A DNA stretch of 64,000 nucleotides from Candidatus Staskawiczbacteria bacterium RIFCSPHIGHO2_01_FULL_39_25 (GCA_001820095.1 MHOO01000011.1:1958-65957), one strand, 5' to 3'; counted from the first letter of the stretch, positions 47,812 through 57,310 are shown. The notes: generated from the sequence alone by a model not told the origin. Translations and numbers: made by a program.

Positions 47812-48486
47812 ATGGAGCCGGCGACACAAGATTTTTTAGAAATTCAAGACATTAGAGAAGGCATTGTGATCTTGAAAAATAACAACATACGGGGGATATT
47901 AATGGTTTCCTCTATTAATTTTGCCTTAAAATCTGACGAGGAGCAGTCAGCCATTATTTATGCCTTCCAGAGTTTTTTAAACTCGCTGGATTTTTCGTGC
48001 CAGATTATCATACAATCCAGAAACATCAATATCACCCCCTACTTAGACAACATTAAAGCATTAGAAGAAAACCAAACGAGCGAGCTCATGAAAGCACAAA
48101 CTGCCTCATACGGAGAATTTATCCGAGAGCTAGTGAAAGGAGACAATGTAATGACAAAAAGCTTTTATGTGGTGGTGCCATATACGTTAGCAGAAATACT
48201 GGGAGTTGGATCTGCGGTAAGCAAATTTAATTTCTCTGAAATGCTAGGATTAGGCAAGAAAAGCAAAGGGGAGAATAAGCCGATAATAAAAGATGAAGAC
48301 TTTGAAAAGTGCAAAAACCAGCTTTGGCAAAGGATGGAATTTGTAGCCATGGGGTTAAAGAGGTGCGGATTAGACGTTATTCCCCTGACCACCCCGGAGT
48401 TGATTGAACTATTTTGGGCAACCCACCACCCCAGTGAAGCAGAAATCGGATACTCGCCGGAAGTAGTGCCAGAACTGCTGAAATAA
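47812..48486 (+). CDS. VirB4-family protein, N-terminal fragment
   Basis: FLEIQDIREGIVILKNNNIRGILMVSSINFALKSDEEQ matches the N-terminal domain of Gram-positive-type VirB4 (TcpF/PrgJ-like); stops at TAA at the first base of a repeat. Confidence 0.6.
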   Translation: MEPATQDFLEIQDIREGIVILKNNNIRGILMVSSINFALKSDEEQSAIIYAFQSFLNSLDFSCQIIIQSRNINITPYLDNIKALEENQTSELMKAQTASYGEFIRELVKGDNVMTKSFYVVVPYTLAEILGVGSAVSKFNFSEMLGLGKKSKGENKPIIKDEDFEKCKNQLWQRMEFVAMGLKRCGLDVIPLTTPELIELFWATHHPSEAEIGYSPEVVPELLK

Positions 48487-48787
48487 TTATTCTAATTGAC
48501 CTAATTTCTAATTGTTCTAATCAAATCCCAATTCCCAAGCCCCAATTCCCAAACGTAATTTGGGAATTAAGGAATTAGGCATTATTTTCTAGCAAGCGAA
48601 GGCAATAAAGATTCACAAATATTTATTGCCAAGCGGCGACGAAAATATGCTTTGCATATTTAGAATAATAGAAATAGGATTTATATAATACGTCGCTCGG
48701 TCGGCATACGTGAAACTGCGGTTTCCCCTATGCCTCCCTTGGCTAGTATTATTAGAGCAATTAGTATAATTAGAATAATTTCAAAAC
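48487..48787. repeat. composite repeat cassette splitting virB4: ATTAG arm, CCCAATTCCCAA repeats, and a 130-bp element (48655-48787) that is the inverted copy of 60153-60285
   Basis: Direct comparison: reverse complement of 48655-48787 matches 60153-60285 at about 97% over about 130 nt. Confidence 0.85.
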
Positions 48788-50590
48788 ATGTCATTTTTTA
48801 GTAAAAAAGAAAATAAGCAAAAAGGAGAAACAGAAGAAAGGTTCTTTGAAGAAGAGACTCTTAATATAAAGGATATTATTGCGCCTCCTTACATCGGGAT
48901 AACCCAGGACCATATTAATTTGGGCGAAAAATTCACCAAATCTTTTTTCATCTTTTCTTATCCTAGGTATTTAAACACAGGCTGGCTTTCCCCCGCTATT
49001 AACCTCAATGTCCCTATGGACATATCTTTTTTCATCCATCCCGTTAACAGTGAATTGATTTTAAAAAAATTAAGGTCAAAAATTACCCAAGTTTCCTCTG
49101 AATTAATGGAGCGGCAGGAAAAGGGGTTAATCCGCGATCCGGCGCTTGAAACCGGCTACCAGGACATTGAAACCTTAAGAGATAAGATAATTACTGCCCA
49201 GGAAAAAATGTTCCGGTTTGGGCTTTATATTACCGTATACCGGGACAATGCGGAACAAATGCGGGAAGTAGAATCAACTCTGCGGTCAATTTTTGAATCC
49301 CGACTAATCTATATAAAGCCCGCCCTATTCAAACAAAAAGAAGGGTTTATTTCCACCAGCCCCTACGGAATGGATTTGCTTTCGGTCCACATTCCTATGA
49401 ACACCGAACCGCTTTCCACCACCTTTCCATTTACGTCATTTGATTTAAGCTCTAACGAGGGAATTTTATACGGCATTAATGGCCACAATAATTCTTTGGT
49501 ATTATTTGACCGTTTTACCTTAGAAAACTCCAACATGGTGGTTTTTGCCAAGTCAGGATCCGGGAAATCATACGCCATAAAGCTGGAAATATTGAGATAC
49601 CTAATGTGGGGAGTTGATGTGATTGTTATTGACCCTGAAAATGAATATGAATTTTTGGCTGATGGAGTGGGAGGAGATTTCTTTAAGATATCACTAACAT
49701 CAGATTACCACGTAAACCCTTTTGACTTGCCAGTGCCAGGGCCCGATGACAGCGTAGATGACATTTTGCGGTCAAACGTAATAAATTTAGTGGGATTGTT
49801 AAGAATTATGCTAGGCGGATTGACGCCGGAAGAAGACAGCATCTTAGACCAAGCCCTTACCGAAACTTACGCCATACGGGATATTACCCCCCAATCTGAC
49901 CCTGCTACCTGGCAGGAAAATATACCGGTAATGTCTGACTTTGCGGAAATTTTAGAAAATATGACCGGAGCTGAATCCTTAGCCAGGCGCCTTAAAAAAT
50001 TCACCCAGGGAACGTTTGCGGGATTTTTTAATAGAAAATCAAATATTACGATTGAAAAAAACTTTATTGTGTTTGGCATACGGGATATGGAAGAATCTTT
50101 AAAACCCATTGCCCTGTTTATGGTCATGCGCTACGTATGGAATATCATCAGGAGCACGGTAAAAAAGAGGATTCTGGTTATTGATGAAGCCTGGTGGCTG
50201 ATGCAATCAGAAGATGGAGCTTCATTCTTGTTTGGCTTGGTAAAAAGGGGCAGAAAATATTGGCTGGGGGTAACTACCATAACCCAAGACATAGAAGATT
50301 TTATGAAGTCTTCATATGGCAAAGCCATTATTACCAATTCTTCGCTGCAGCTTTTGTTAAAACAGTCTCCGGCGGCTCTTGACGTACTGCAAACCACCTT
50401 TGACTTAACCGAACAGGAAAAAACACTTTTATTGGATGCCAATGTGGGAGAAGGCCTTTTCTTTGCCGGAAAAAAGCATGTCTATATCGGCGTAAAAGCC
50501 AGCTACACCGAAGACCAGATTATAACTACCAGCCCCGGGGAGGTTGAAAAAATCAGGGAGGCAAGGAAAAAATTACAACAACAGCAGTAA
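48788..50590 (+). CDS. VirB4/TrbE/CagE-family T4SS ATPase, C-terminal (ATPase) part
   Basis: IAPPYIGIT...FFIFSYPRYLNTGWL; Walker A FAKSGSGKSYAIK; Walker B VIDEAWWLM; 600 aa. Confidence 0.85.
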   Translation: MSFFSKKENKQKGETEERFFEEETLNIKDIIAPPYIGITQDHINLGEKFTKSFFIFSYPRYLNTGWLSPAINLNVPMDISFFIHPVNSELILKKLRSKITQVSSELMERQEKGLIRDPALETGYQDIETLRDKIITAQEKMFRFGLYITVYRDNAEQMREVESTLRSIFESRLIYIKPALFKQKEGFISTSPYGMDLLSVHIPMNTEPLSTTFPFTSFDLSSNEGILYGINGHNNSLVLFDRFTLENSNMVVFAKSGSGKSYAIKLEILRYLMWGVDVIVIDPENEYEFLADGVGGDFFKISLTSDYHVNPFDLPVPGPDDSVDDILRSNVINLVGLLRIMLGGLTPEEDSILDQALTETYAIRDITPQSDPATWQENIPVMSDFAEILENMTGAESLARRLKKFTQGTFAGFFNRKSNITIEKNFIVFGIRDMEESLKPIALFMVMRYVWNIIRSTVKKRILVIDEAWWLMQSEDGASFLFGLVKRGRKYWLGVTTITQDIEDFMKSSYGKAIITNSSLQLLLKQSPAALDVLQTTFDLTEQEKTLLLDANVGEGLFFAGKKHVYIGVKASYTEDQIITTSPGEVEKIREARKKLQQQQ

Positions 50591-52206
50591 TGTGTTACAA
50601 TTGTAATAATATGCAAATGCCAAAAAAATATAAAAAAGTTATTGTTGTACTGATCTTTATAGCTGTTATATTACCGCAAAGTACCTTGATTTTGGCATCG
50701 GAGGTAAACTACCCTCCCATTCCAGGAGCTCCTAGCCCCACCGATTTATTTTCATATATTGCCTACTTTATTACGTTTGCCGTAGTTGCAGCCGGGATAA
50801 TGGGGGTGGTATCTATTGTTATTGCGGGAATTAAGATATTGATCAATGCGGGCAGCCCGGCGGCAATAGGCGACGCAAAAGACAGAATTTTTGGCGCCAT
50901 TTTAGGGATCATCCTTTTAATGGCCTCTTTTATAATTCTGCGAACTATCAATGCGGAATTAGTTAATGAAAGAACGATTGCCCCAGACCTTAAAGCAGGC
51001 GCTGTTTATTATACTGTTAGTTCTGGCCTTAATGAAGATGGGGAGCTTTATATACAAGCGCCAGAAGCAGAGTCAAACACTGCTAATATACCACAACCAT
51101 ATGACACAATTTACTATTACTGCGAAGGCAATCCGGCAAATTATAGAAATCTTTTAGTGTGGGTATATAACGATTTTAACTTTCAGATAGATCGAAATAA
51201 AAATGGAGGCGCTGATGTTAATACTATTGTATTACCATGCAATCAAGGCACCCCCATATTAGACACTATCCTTTCTTTTAAAAGAAGCTACGAATACCCG
51301 GGAATTTATCTCTATCTTACCAATAAATGCACGGGCGTTAGTTCCCCCTCTCTAACACTAAGTGGTGATGTGCCCCGTTTTGATGCTCAAGCAAATAAAG
51401 AACAAAGACCTAAATCATTAAGAATTGTTAATGGAAAGGACCCCCGCCAAATATATGGAGTTATTTTTAATAAAAACCCTAAATTTACCGGGGAGTGTAC
51501 GCGGGTAGTATGGAATCCACAGCCAAATATTGAAAGTGAGTGCATAATTTTAGATGGGCAAGATGCTAAACCAAATGTATTCTTGACTGAAGAAAAATTT
51601 CTCCCCGAATCAATGTATGTAGTAAATTTTGATATAGATCTTGGACCAAGAGCAGGTGGCAGTATTGAGCTTTATAGTAAAGATTATATAGCGAGAATCC
51701 CGCAAAAAGCTGGCCCCAGCAATACTACCTCAGTAGGAACTGATGCTCAAAGGAATGCTGCTTTTGATATTGGCAATGTATTGCACATAAAAAATCCGGT
51801 GGAAGGTCAACCCACCCCAGATGCGTTGCTAAGAAAACCATTTTTTAAGGGGATAGGAGTAAGGTTTACGGCTACATACCCAGACACCGTAGAAGAAAGC
51901 TATGCTAATGGCAGTAGTGTGGGAGCCCGCTACTATGAGTATGGTTCGGCAACGACGCCCATAAACGGACAATATGAAAATTATCCTGAGGGAGGTGGAG
52001 GTGCCCAGTGCAATGATTATGACTATGAATGCATACGTAAGATAAAACATAATGGAACTTACTATACTATTTTTTATGCTCATAATAATTTGATCGGGGG
52101 TGAAGTTTGTGTAGTTAATACTAAATCAACTAATTTGCGCGATACTAAAATATTAGATAATAATAAAGTGATAACGGAGATAACTATAATTCCCACCACT
52201 CCCTAA
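50590..52206 (+). CDS. secreted/membrane protein: N-terminal T4SS-pilin-like domain fused to about 400-aa Cys/Gly/Asn-rich extracellular domain
   Basis: After the signal peptide, FITFAVVAAGIMGVVSIVIAGIKILINAGSPAAIGDAKDRIFGAILGIILLMASFIIL aligns by eye with the pilin ORF 33415; start more likely ATG 50611 (MQMPKKYKK). Confidence 0.5.
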   Translation: MCYNCNNMQMPKKYKKVIVVLIFIAVILPQSTLILASEVNYPPIPGAPSPTDLFSYIAYFITFAVVAAGIMGVVSIVIAGIKILINAGSPAAIGDAKDRIFGAILGIILLMASFIILRTINAELVNERTIAPDLKAGAVYYTVSSGLNEDGELYIQAPEAESNTANIPQPYDTIYYYCEGNPANYRNLLVWVYNDFNFQIDRNKNGGADVNTIVLPCNQGTPILDTILSFKRSYEYPGIYLYLTNKCTGVSSPSLTLSGDVPRFDAQANKEQRPKSLRIVNGKDPRQIYGVIFNKNPKFTGECTRVVWNPQPNIESECIILDGQDAKPNVFLTEEKFLPESMYVVNFDIDLGPRAGGSIELYSKDYIARIPQKAGPSNTTSVGTDAQRNAAFDIGNVLHIKNPVEGQPTPDALLRKPFFKGIGVRFTATYPDTVEESYANGSSVGARYYEYGSATTPINGQYENYPEGGGGAQCNDYDYECIRKIKHNGTYYTIFYAHNNLIGGEVCVVNTKSTNLRDTKILDNNKVITEITIIPTTP

Positions 52207-52270
52207 AATTTTGTATCCACCAAAAAACCACCGATTTTGACTCGGTGGTTTTTTGATTGGTATATTTTTA

Positions 52271-52813
52271 CTAAATAACAGGGCTAATGACTACGCGCCT
52301 ATCAAAGCCCTCTCCCTGGCTTTCGGTAATAATGTCCTGCCTTCCCGACAGCTCTGTATGAATTATCCTTCTTTCATATGCTGACATAGGGGGTAATATT
52401 TTCTTTTCTTTAGTGATTGCAACTTCATCAGCCAAACTCCTAGCCAAGCCTTTTAGGTATTCAATTTTCTTTTTTTTATAATCATTAATATCTACGTTTA
52501 GGTGAAAATTGTTCTCTAATTTTTTATTTAGTAAAATCCTTAAAACTCTCTGAAGCTCAAATAACGTTTGCCCGCCCTGGCCAATTAACATTTGCGGGTC
52601 ATCTAATGTAATATCTACAGTTACTAAATACATACTAGGAGCTTCGTTAACACTTGGGACATCCAAAAGCAGGTCATCTTTTTTATCTTGAACCTCTTTA
52701 TTTTCTTGTGGTATAGCAGATAGATTTACGGTAACCACAAAAGACGACACCGTCATTTTCTGCAGCATCTCTTCAACTTTTTCTTTAATAATGTTGATTT
52801 GGCTTTGATTCAT
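52271..52813 (-). CDS. Jag/KhpB (KH + R3H RNA-binding protein)
   Basis: R3H motif ERRIIHTEL; downstream of yidC as in the canonical origin locus. Confidence 0.8.
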   Translation of the reverse strand: MNQSQINIIKEKVEEMLQKMTVSSFVVTVNLSAIPQENKEVQDKKDDLLLDVPSVNEAPSMYLVTVDITLDDPQMLIGQGGQTLFELQRVLRILLNKKLENNFHLNVDINDYKKKKIEYLKGLARSLADEVAITKEKKILPPMSAYERRIIHTELSGRQDIITESQGEGFDRRVVISPVI

Positions 52814-52822
52814 CGTTTCTTG

Positions 52823-52850
52823 TTTTACAGACTCCCGGAGTCTGTAAAAT
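52823..52850. repeat. palindromic repeat TTTTACAGACTCCCGGAGTCTGTAAAAT (copy 2)
   Basis: Identical to 17406-17431. Confidence 0.7.
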
Positions 52851-53561
52851 TTATTCGGGTACTTTTTTTAAAATATAGTATTGCTGGGCGATAGAAACTA
52901 TCCCGCTCACTATCCAGTAGAGCCCCAGCGCCGATGGCAATTTTAAAAGGATAATGACCGTGACAAATGGAAAAAAGTAAAGCATTTGCTTTTGCATAAT
53001 AGTCCCAATATCCTTGGCTTTTGCCTTATCTGGCTTAGGCATTAACATTTTAGTCTGGAAAAACTGGAGAATGCCCGCCAATATGGCAAACACTAAGTTT
53101 GGTTGAGCCAAATCTACCATCTGTAAAAACATTGAATTAATTTGAATTGGGTTTACCACAAAACTGTAAAGATTCCCAAGCTCTTCTGGTTTTAACCCCA
53201 GCCAAAAAACCCTGTAAAGCGCAATTAAAATAGGAAGCTGTATAATTACTAAGAATAAGCCGCTAAAGGGGTTAATTTTTTCTTTACGGTATAGCTCTAG
53301 GGTTTCTTGGGCCTGTTTTTCCTTGTCGTTTTTAAATTTGCTCTGTATCTCCTGTAATTTGGGCTGAAGCCTCTGGAGAACTTTTTGGGAGTGCAATGCT
53401 TTTACCGATAAGGGATATAAAACAAATTTTATAACTACCGTAAGAACAATAATTGCAACACCAAAATCATGTCCGGGGAAATAATTGTAAATTAACACCA
53501 GCACATTAAATAAGGGCTTGTATAAAAGAACATCAAAAATAGTTACTAAAAAACCAAACAT
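52851..53561 (-). CDS. yidC: membrane protein insertase YidC/Oxa1 (short form)
   Basis: 5 TM with conserved LPILIALYRVFW and IQQYYI regions. Confidence 0.85.
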   Translation of the reverse strand: MFGFLVTIFDVLLYKPLFNVLVLIYNYFPGHDFGVAIIVLTVVIKFVLYPLSVKALHSQKVLQRLQPKLQEIQSKFKNDKEKQAQETLELYRKEKINPFSGLFLVIIQLPILIALYRVFWLGLKPEELGNLYSFVVNPIQINSMFLQMVDLAQPNLVFAILAGILQFFQTKMLMPKPDKAKAKDIGTIMQKQMLYFFPFVTVIILLKLPSALGLYWIVSGIVSIAQQYYILKKVPE

Positions 53562-53574
53562 TGCTTTGGAGTTG

Positions 53575-53904
53575 TTATATTTTTTTAAAGAATTTTGCGA
53601 TAGCCGCCTGTATTTCTAGAAACTCTTTCTTATTGATTTGAGGCAACGCAATAATAACTACATCTGCCGGTTTTTTCAGATTTTTCAATTCATAAAAAGC
53701 TGCGTCCCTTAATCTTCTCTTAATTTTATTCCTTTGGGTAGCTTTGGAGGAAACTTTCTTGCTTACGATAAAGCCGAAACGGCCTTCTGGCAAATGATTT
53801 CCCATTGACTTGCATACCAAAAAATCATTTTTTATAGTTTCCCCCCTTTTAAAGACGGCATCAAAATCCTTTTTCTTAGTTAATCGGTTAATTTTGGGCA
53901 ACAA
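53575..53904 (-). CDS. rnpA: RNase P protein component
   Basis: LPKINRLTKKKDFDAVFKRG and KATQRNKIKRRLR RnpA signatures; listed ORF to 53952 uses a TTG inside the ATTAG repeat; the TTG at about 53901-53904 gives the canonical N-terminus. Confidence 0.85.
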   Translation of the reverse strand: MLPKINRLTKKKDFDAVFKRGETIKNDFLVCKSMGNHLPEGRFGFIVSKKVSSKATQRNKIKRRLRDAAFYELKNLKKPADVVIIALPQINKKEFLEIQAAIAKFFKKI

Positions 53905-53912
53905 CTTAAATG

Positions 53913-54057
53913 AATTCCTAATTATTCTAATTGCTCTAATTATTCTAATCAAATCCTAACTTCTAATGTCTAATTTATAAAAAATACTTATTCATTGGGA
54001 TTTGAGTATTGGGGCTTGATTAGGTTAATTAGAAATTAGGTTAATTAGTATAATTCC
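53913..54057. repeat. ATTAG-type 9-bp-periodic inverted repeat pair (rc arm 53913-53975; forward arm 54020-54057)
   Basis: cctaattattctaattgctctaattattctaatcaaatcctaacttctaatgtc ... cttgattaggttaattagaaattaggttaattagtataatt. Confidence 0.8.
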
Positions 54058-54060
54058 GCA

Positions 54061-54195
54061 TTATACCGCTAATTTCTTCCTTCCCTTTGCTCTCCTTCTT
54101 TGGATAACCTGCCTGCCTTTTTTAGTTTGTGCGCGTTTTAGGAAGCCATGGGTCCTTTTTCTCTTTTTCTTTTTTGGTTTATAGGTAAAACTCAT
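54061..54195 (-). CDS. rpmH: 50S ribosomal protein L34
   Basis: Hand translation [44 protein letters not shown] (44 aa); not in the supplied ORF list. Confidence 0.9.
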   Translation of the reverse strand: MSFTYKPKKKKRKRTHGFLKRAQTKKGRQVIQRRRAKGRKKLAV

Positions 54196-54575
54196 AATTA
54201 AATTGTATTTAATATTAATTTTAGTATAATATGGCTAGTATAGTACAAAATAGGCCCTTGGTCAAACCATATTTTAATTTGAAATTTGAAATATTTTACA
54301 TTGAATTCAAATGGCCTAAATTTCAAATTTCAAATTCATCGGTATTGTGCGTCTAAATAGAAACATATCACACAAATTATCCACAGTTTAACCACAGTTG
54401 TTCTTATTTTACCCTAATTTGACAAAGGGTTAATAAATAGAAAAAATACACTATTAAGTAATACTCACCTAATTCAAGATAAGTGAAAATGTATTTCACT
54501 TATCTGTTAGACCTATTGCGTAATAAGGTTTGTAGTATAAAAACTTATTACGCAACAGGTCTATTGTTTGTAATT
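54196..54575. other. putative oriC part 1 (rpmH-dnaA intergenic) with DnaA box TTATCCACA at 54377-54385 and a 17-bp perfect hairpin at 54510-54561
   Basis: Canonical rpmH-dnaA position; AT-rich; consensus DnaA box; AAATTTCAAATT repeats at 54285-54340. Confidence 0.6.
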
Positions 54576-55934
54576 ATGGAAAATACTGAGCTATGGCAAT
54601 CGGTGTTAGCACAAATGCAGCTTCATATCTCTAAGGCAAACTTTGCGACGTGGTTTCAAAACACCGGGATTGCGCTTAAGGAAAATGAAAAAGTGATTAT
54701 TTCCGTCCCCAATGCTTTTTCTAAAGAGTGGCTTAGTAATAAGTACTACAAATTAATGTTAAAGATAATGCATGATATAGATGCCACCATTAAAGAATTG
54801 GAATTTACCATTAATCCCCAATCATTAAAAGCTCTCGTAGTTAAAGAGGCGGCAGATACCGCGAAGATAGACATAGAACAGCTTAAATTTGATGAGTTTA
54901 AAATCAACAAAGAAACCAACCTCAATCCTCGCTACACGTTTGAAAATTTTGTCGTAGGCTCATTCAATGAGCTGCCTTGCGCTGCGGCCCTGGCGGTTTC
55001 CGAAAACCCCGGCTATGCCTATAACCCCCTTTTTATTTACGGAGGCGTGGGGTTAGGCAAAACCCACCTCATACAGGCCATTGGCAACCAAATAGCCAAC
55101 GATCCTAAAAAAAAGAAGGTAAGGTACATGCCTTCTGAAAAGCTGGTGTCGGGCATTGTGGCGGCCATTAGAAGCAATAGCATGGAATCCTTTAAGGCCA
55201 GCTTGGCTCCCATAGATGTATTAATTATTGATGATATTCAATTCATTGCGGGAAAAAATAAAAGCCAGGAAGAGTTTTTTCATGTGTTCAATTCTTTGTA
55301 TGAAAAAAACAAACAGATTATTCTTTCTTCTGATAGGCCGCCGAACGCCATACCAGAGCTAGAAGAACGGCTAAGATCAAGGTTGGGAGGCGGTATGACG
55401 ATTGACGTAAGCCTGCCAGATTATGAAACCAGATTGGCGATACTTAAAACAAAGCTTCAAGAAAAAAATATAAAACTGCCAGAAGATGTGCTAGAATATA
55501 TAGCTTCTAATGTAAAAAAGAACGTACGGGAGCTGGAAGGAGCCCTCAATAGCCTATTAATTTACTATAAAATCAATAACAACATCCCCAACTTGGAAAT
55601 TGCTAAAAAACTGTTAAAAGGTTTTGTGTTTTCTCCTTTTGACGTGGCAAACTATAAAAAAATAATTGAAACAGTAGCTAAATTTTACAACCTAGAAGAA
55701 AAAAATCTTTTTGACTCAACAAGGCGGAAAGAAATTGTAAGGCCCCGCCAGGTAGCAATGTTTTTACTAAGAAAGGAGTTAAAATATTCTTTTCCCGCCA
55801 TTGCCAGAAAATTCGGCGGCAAAGACCATACCACGGTGATTTACGCTTACAAAAAAATCCTCCGCGAGTCAGAAGAAAACAACAAATTAACCGATGAATT
55901 AAACTTAATAAAGCAGAGAGTATATAGTGGATAA
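54576..55934 (+). CDS. dnaA: chromosomal replication initiator DnaA
   Basis: Walker A GGVGLGKTHL; DnaA box-binding C-terminal domain (RPRQVAMFLLRKELKYSFPAIARKFGGKDHTTVIYAYKKI); listed ORF starts at 54483, ATG 54576 (MENTELW) after the hairpin is preferred. Confidence 0.95.
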   Translation: MENTELWQSVLAQMQLHISKANFATWFQNTGIALKENEKVIISVPNAFSKEWLSNKYYKLMLKIMHDIDATIKELEFTINPQSLKALVVKEAADTAKIDIEQLKFDEFKINKETNLNPRYTFENFVVGSFNELPCAAALAVSENPGYAYNPLFIYGGVGLGKTHLIQAIGNQIANDPKKKKVRYMPSEKLVSGIVAAIRSNSMESFKASLAPIDVLIIDDIQFIAGKNKSQEEFFHVFNSLYEKNKQIILSSDRPPNAIPELEERLRSRLGGGMTIDVSLPDYETRLAILKTKLQEKNIKLPEDVLEYIASNVKKNVRELEGALNSLLIYYKINNNIPNLEIAKKLLKGFVFSPFDVANYKKIIETVAKFYNLEEKNLFDSTRRKEIVRPRQVAMFLLRKELKYSFPAIARKFGGKDHTTVIYAYKKILRESEENNKLTDELNLIKQRVYSG

Positions 55935-56170
55935 CCCACATAATAACTTGCATATTAAAAAAATAAAAAATATATACCATTATTATTACCTGCCCTATTT
56001 ATATTTTTTTTAACTACACTATCCACAGGTTATTTTTAAAAAAATTAAGGACAAATTAAAATAAAATTTTAATAAAAAATTCATAAAATACGCGAGCTAA
56101 TAACAATAATAAGTTTTAATATATTAATAACTATTGTTAAAAATTAATAACCTGAAAAAAGAAAAGGAAT
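55935..56170. other. putative oriC part 2 / DNA unwinding element (dnaA-dnaN intergenic, extremely AT-rich)
   Basis: About 85% AT; partial DnaA box TATCCACAG at about 56010. Confidence 0.5.
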
Positions 56171-57295
56171 ATGAAAATAGAAATATTAAAAGAAAACCTA
56201 AAATCAGCCCTTAGTGTAATAGAAAGAGTGGTGGGAAAAAACTTATCATTGCCTATTTTAGATAATGTATTAATAAATACCGAAGATAGTTTTTTAAACT
56301 TAATTTCCACTGATTTAGAAACTACCATAAAGTTGTGGGTATTAACTAAAATAGTTAAAAAAGGCAAGGTGGTGGTTCCAGCAAAATTTCTTTCTAATTT
56401 TATCTCTTCCTTGCCGAATGAAAAAATAACCATTGAGTCTAAAGAGTATAATTTATTTATTGAATGCGGCAGCCTTAAAACCCAAATCCAAGGACACAAC
56501 CCGGAAGATTTTCCTATTATTCCAGAGTTTAAGGATGTGGATTTTATAGAAGTGGATAATAAAAAATTCTGCCAGGGGGTTTCCCAAATTATTGATATTG
56601 CCCAACCATCGCAATCAAAGCCAGAAATTTCCGGTATTTATTTTTCTTTTTCTAAAAACAGCATTAAGATTGTGGCAACCGACAGCTTTAGGCTTGCAGA
56701 AAAAAATGTTGCGCTAGAAAATTCTATAAAAAAAGAGTATTCTTTTATACTCCCCCAAAAACCAGCGCGAGAGTTGACGAATATTTTAGAAAACAAGGAA
56801 GGCATTCTTAAAATATATTTTTCCAGTAGCCAGATATTATTTGAGTCTCCCATGAAAGAAATGCCACATCCGCAAATTCAAATTACCTCCCGCTTAATTG
56901 AGGGGGAATATCCCAACTACCAAGATATTATCCCCACTAAATTTAAAACAAATATTACCCTAAAACGAGATGATTTTTTAAGCCAGATAAAAACAGCTTC
57001 GCTGTTCGCGAGCAAGGTTAACGAGGTAAAGATTTCAGCAGATGCTGAAAAAAAAGAAATAGAAATTTTTTCCCAGAATCCAGAAGTTGGGGAAAATAAG
57101 TCAAGGATTCCAGTAAAGATTGACGGAGAAAACATACAAGTATCTTTTAATTACAAATTTTTAATAGATGGCCTTTTAAACATTAAGAGCTCGGAAGTAA
57201 TTTTTGATATAAGTAAGGAGGAGGGCCCCTGTATTTTAAGGCCCGTAGGAGATGCCAGCTATATTTATGTAGTAATGCCAATTAAGTCTATTTAA
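56171..57295 (+). CDS. dnaN: DNA polymerase III beta sliding clamp
   Basis: 374 aa; three-domain clamp pattern. Confidence 0.9.
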   Translation: MKIEILKENLKSALSVIERVVGKNLSLPILDNVLINTEDSFLNLISTDLETTIKLWVLTKIVKKGKVVVPAKFLSNFISSLPNEKITIESKEYNLFIECGSLKTQIQGHNPEDFPIIPEFKDVDFIEVDNKKFCQGVSQIIDIAQPSQSKPEISGIYFSFSKNSIKIVATDSFRLAEKNVALENSIKKEYSFILPQKPARELTNILENKEGILKIYFSSSQILFESPMKEMPHPQIQITSRLIEGEYPNYQDIIPTKFKTNITLKRDDFLSQIKTASLFASKVNEVKISADAEKKEIEIFSQNPEVGENKSRIPVKIDGENIQVSFNYKFLIDGLLNIKSSEVIFDISKEEGPCILRPVGDASYIYVVMPIKSI

Positions 57296-57310
57296 CTAAG
57301 CGCGAAACTA

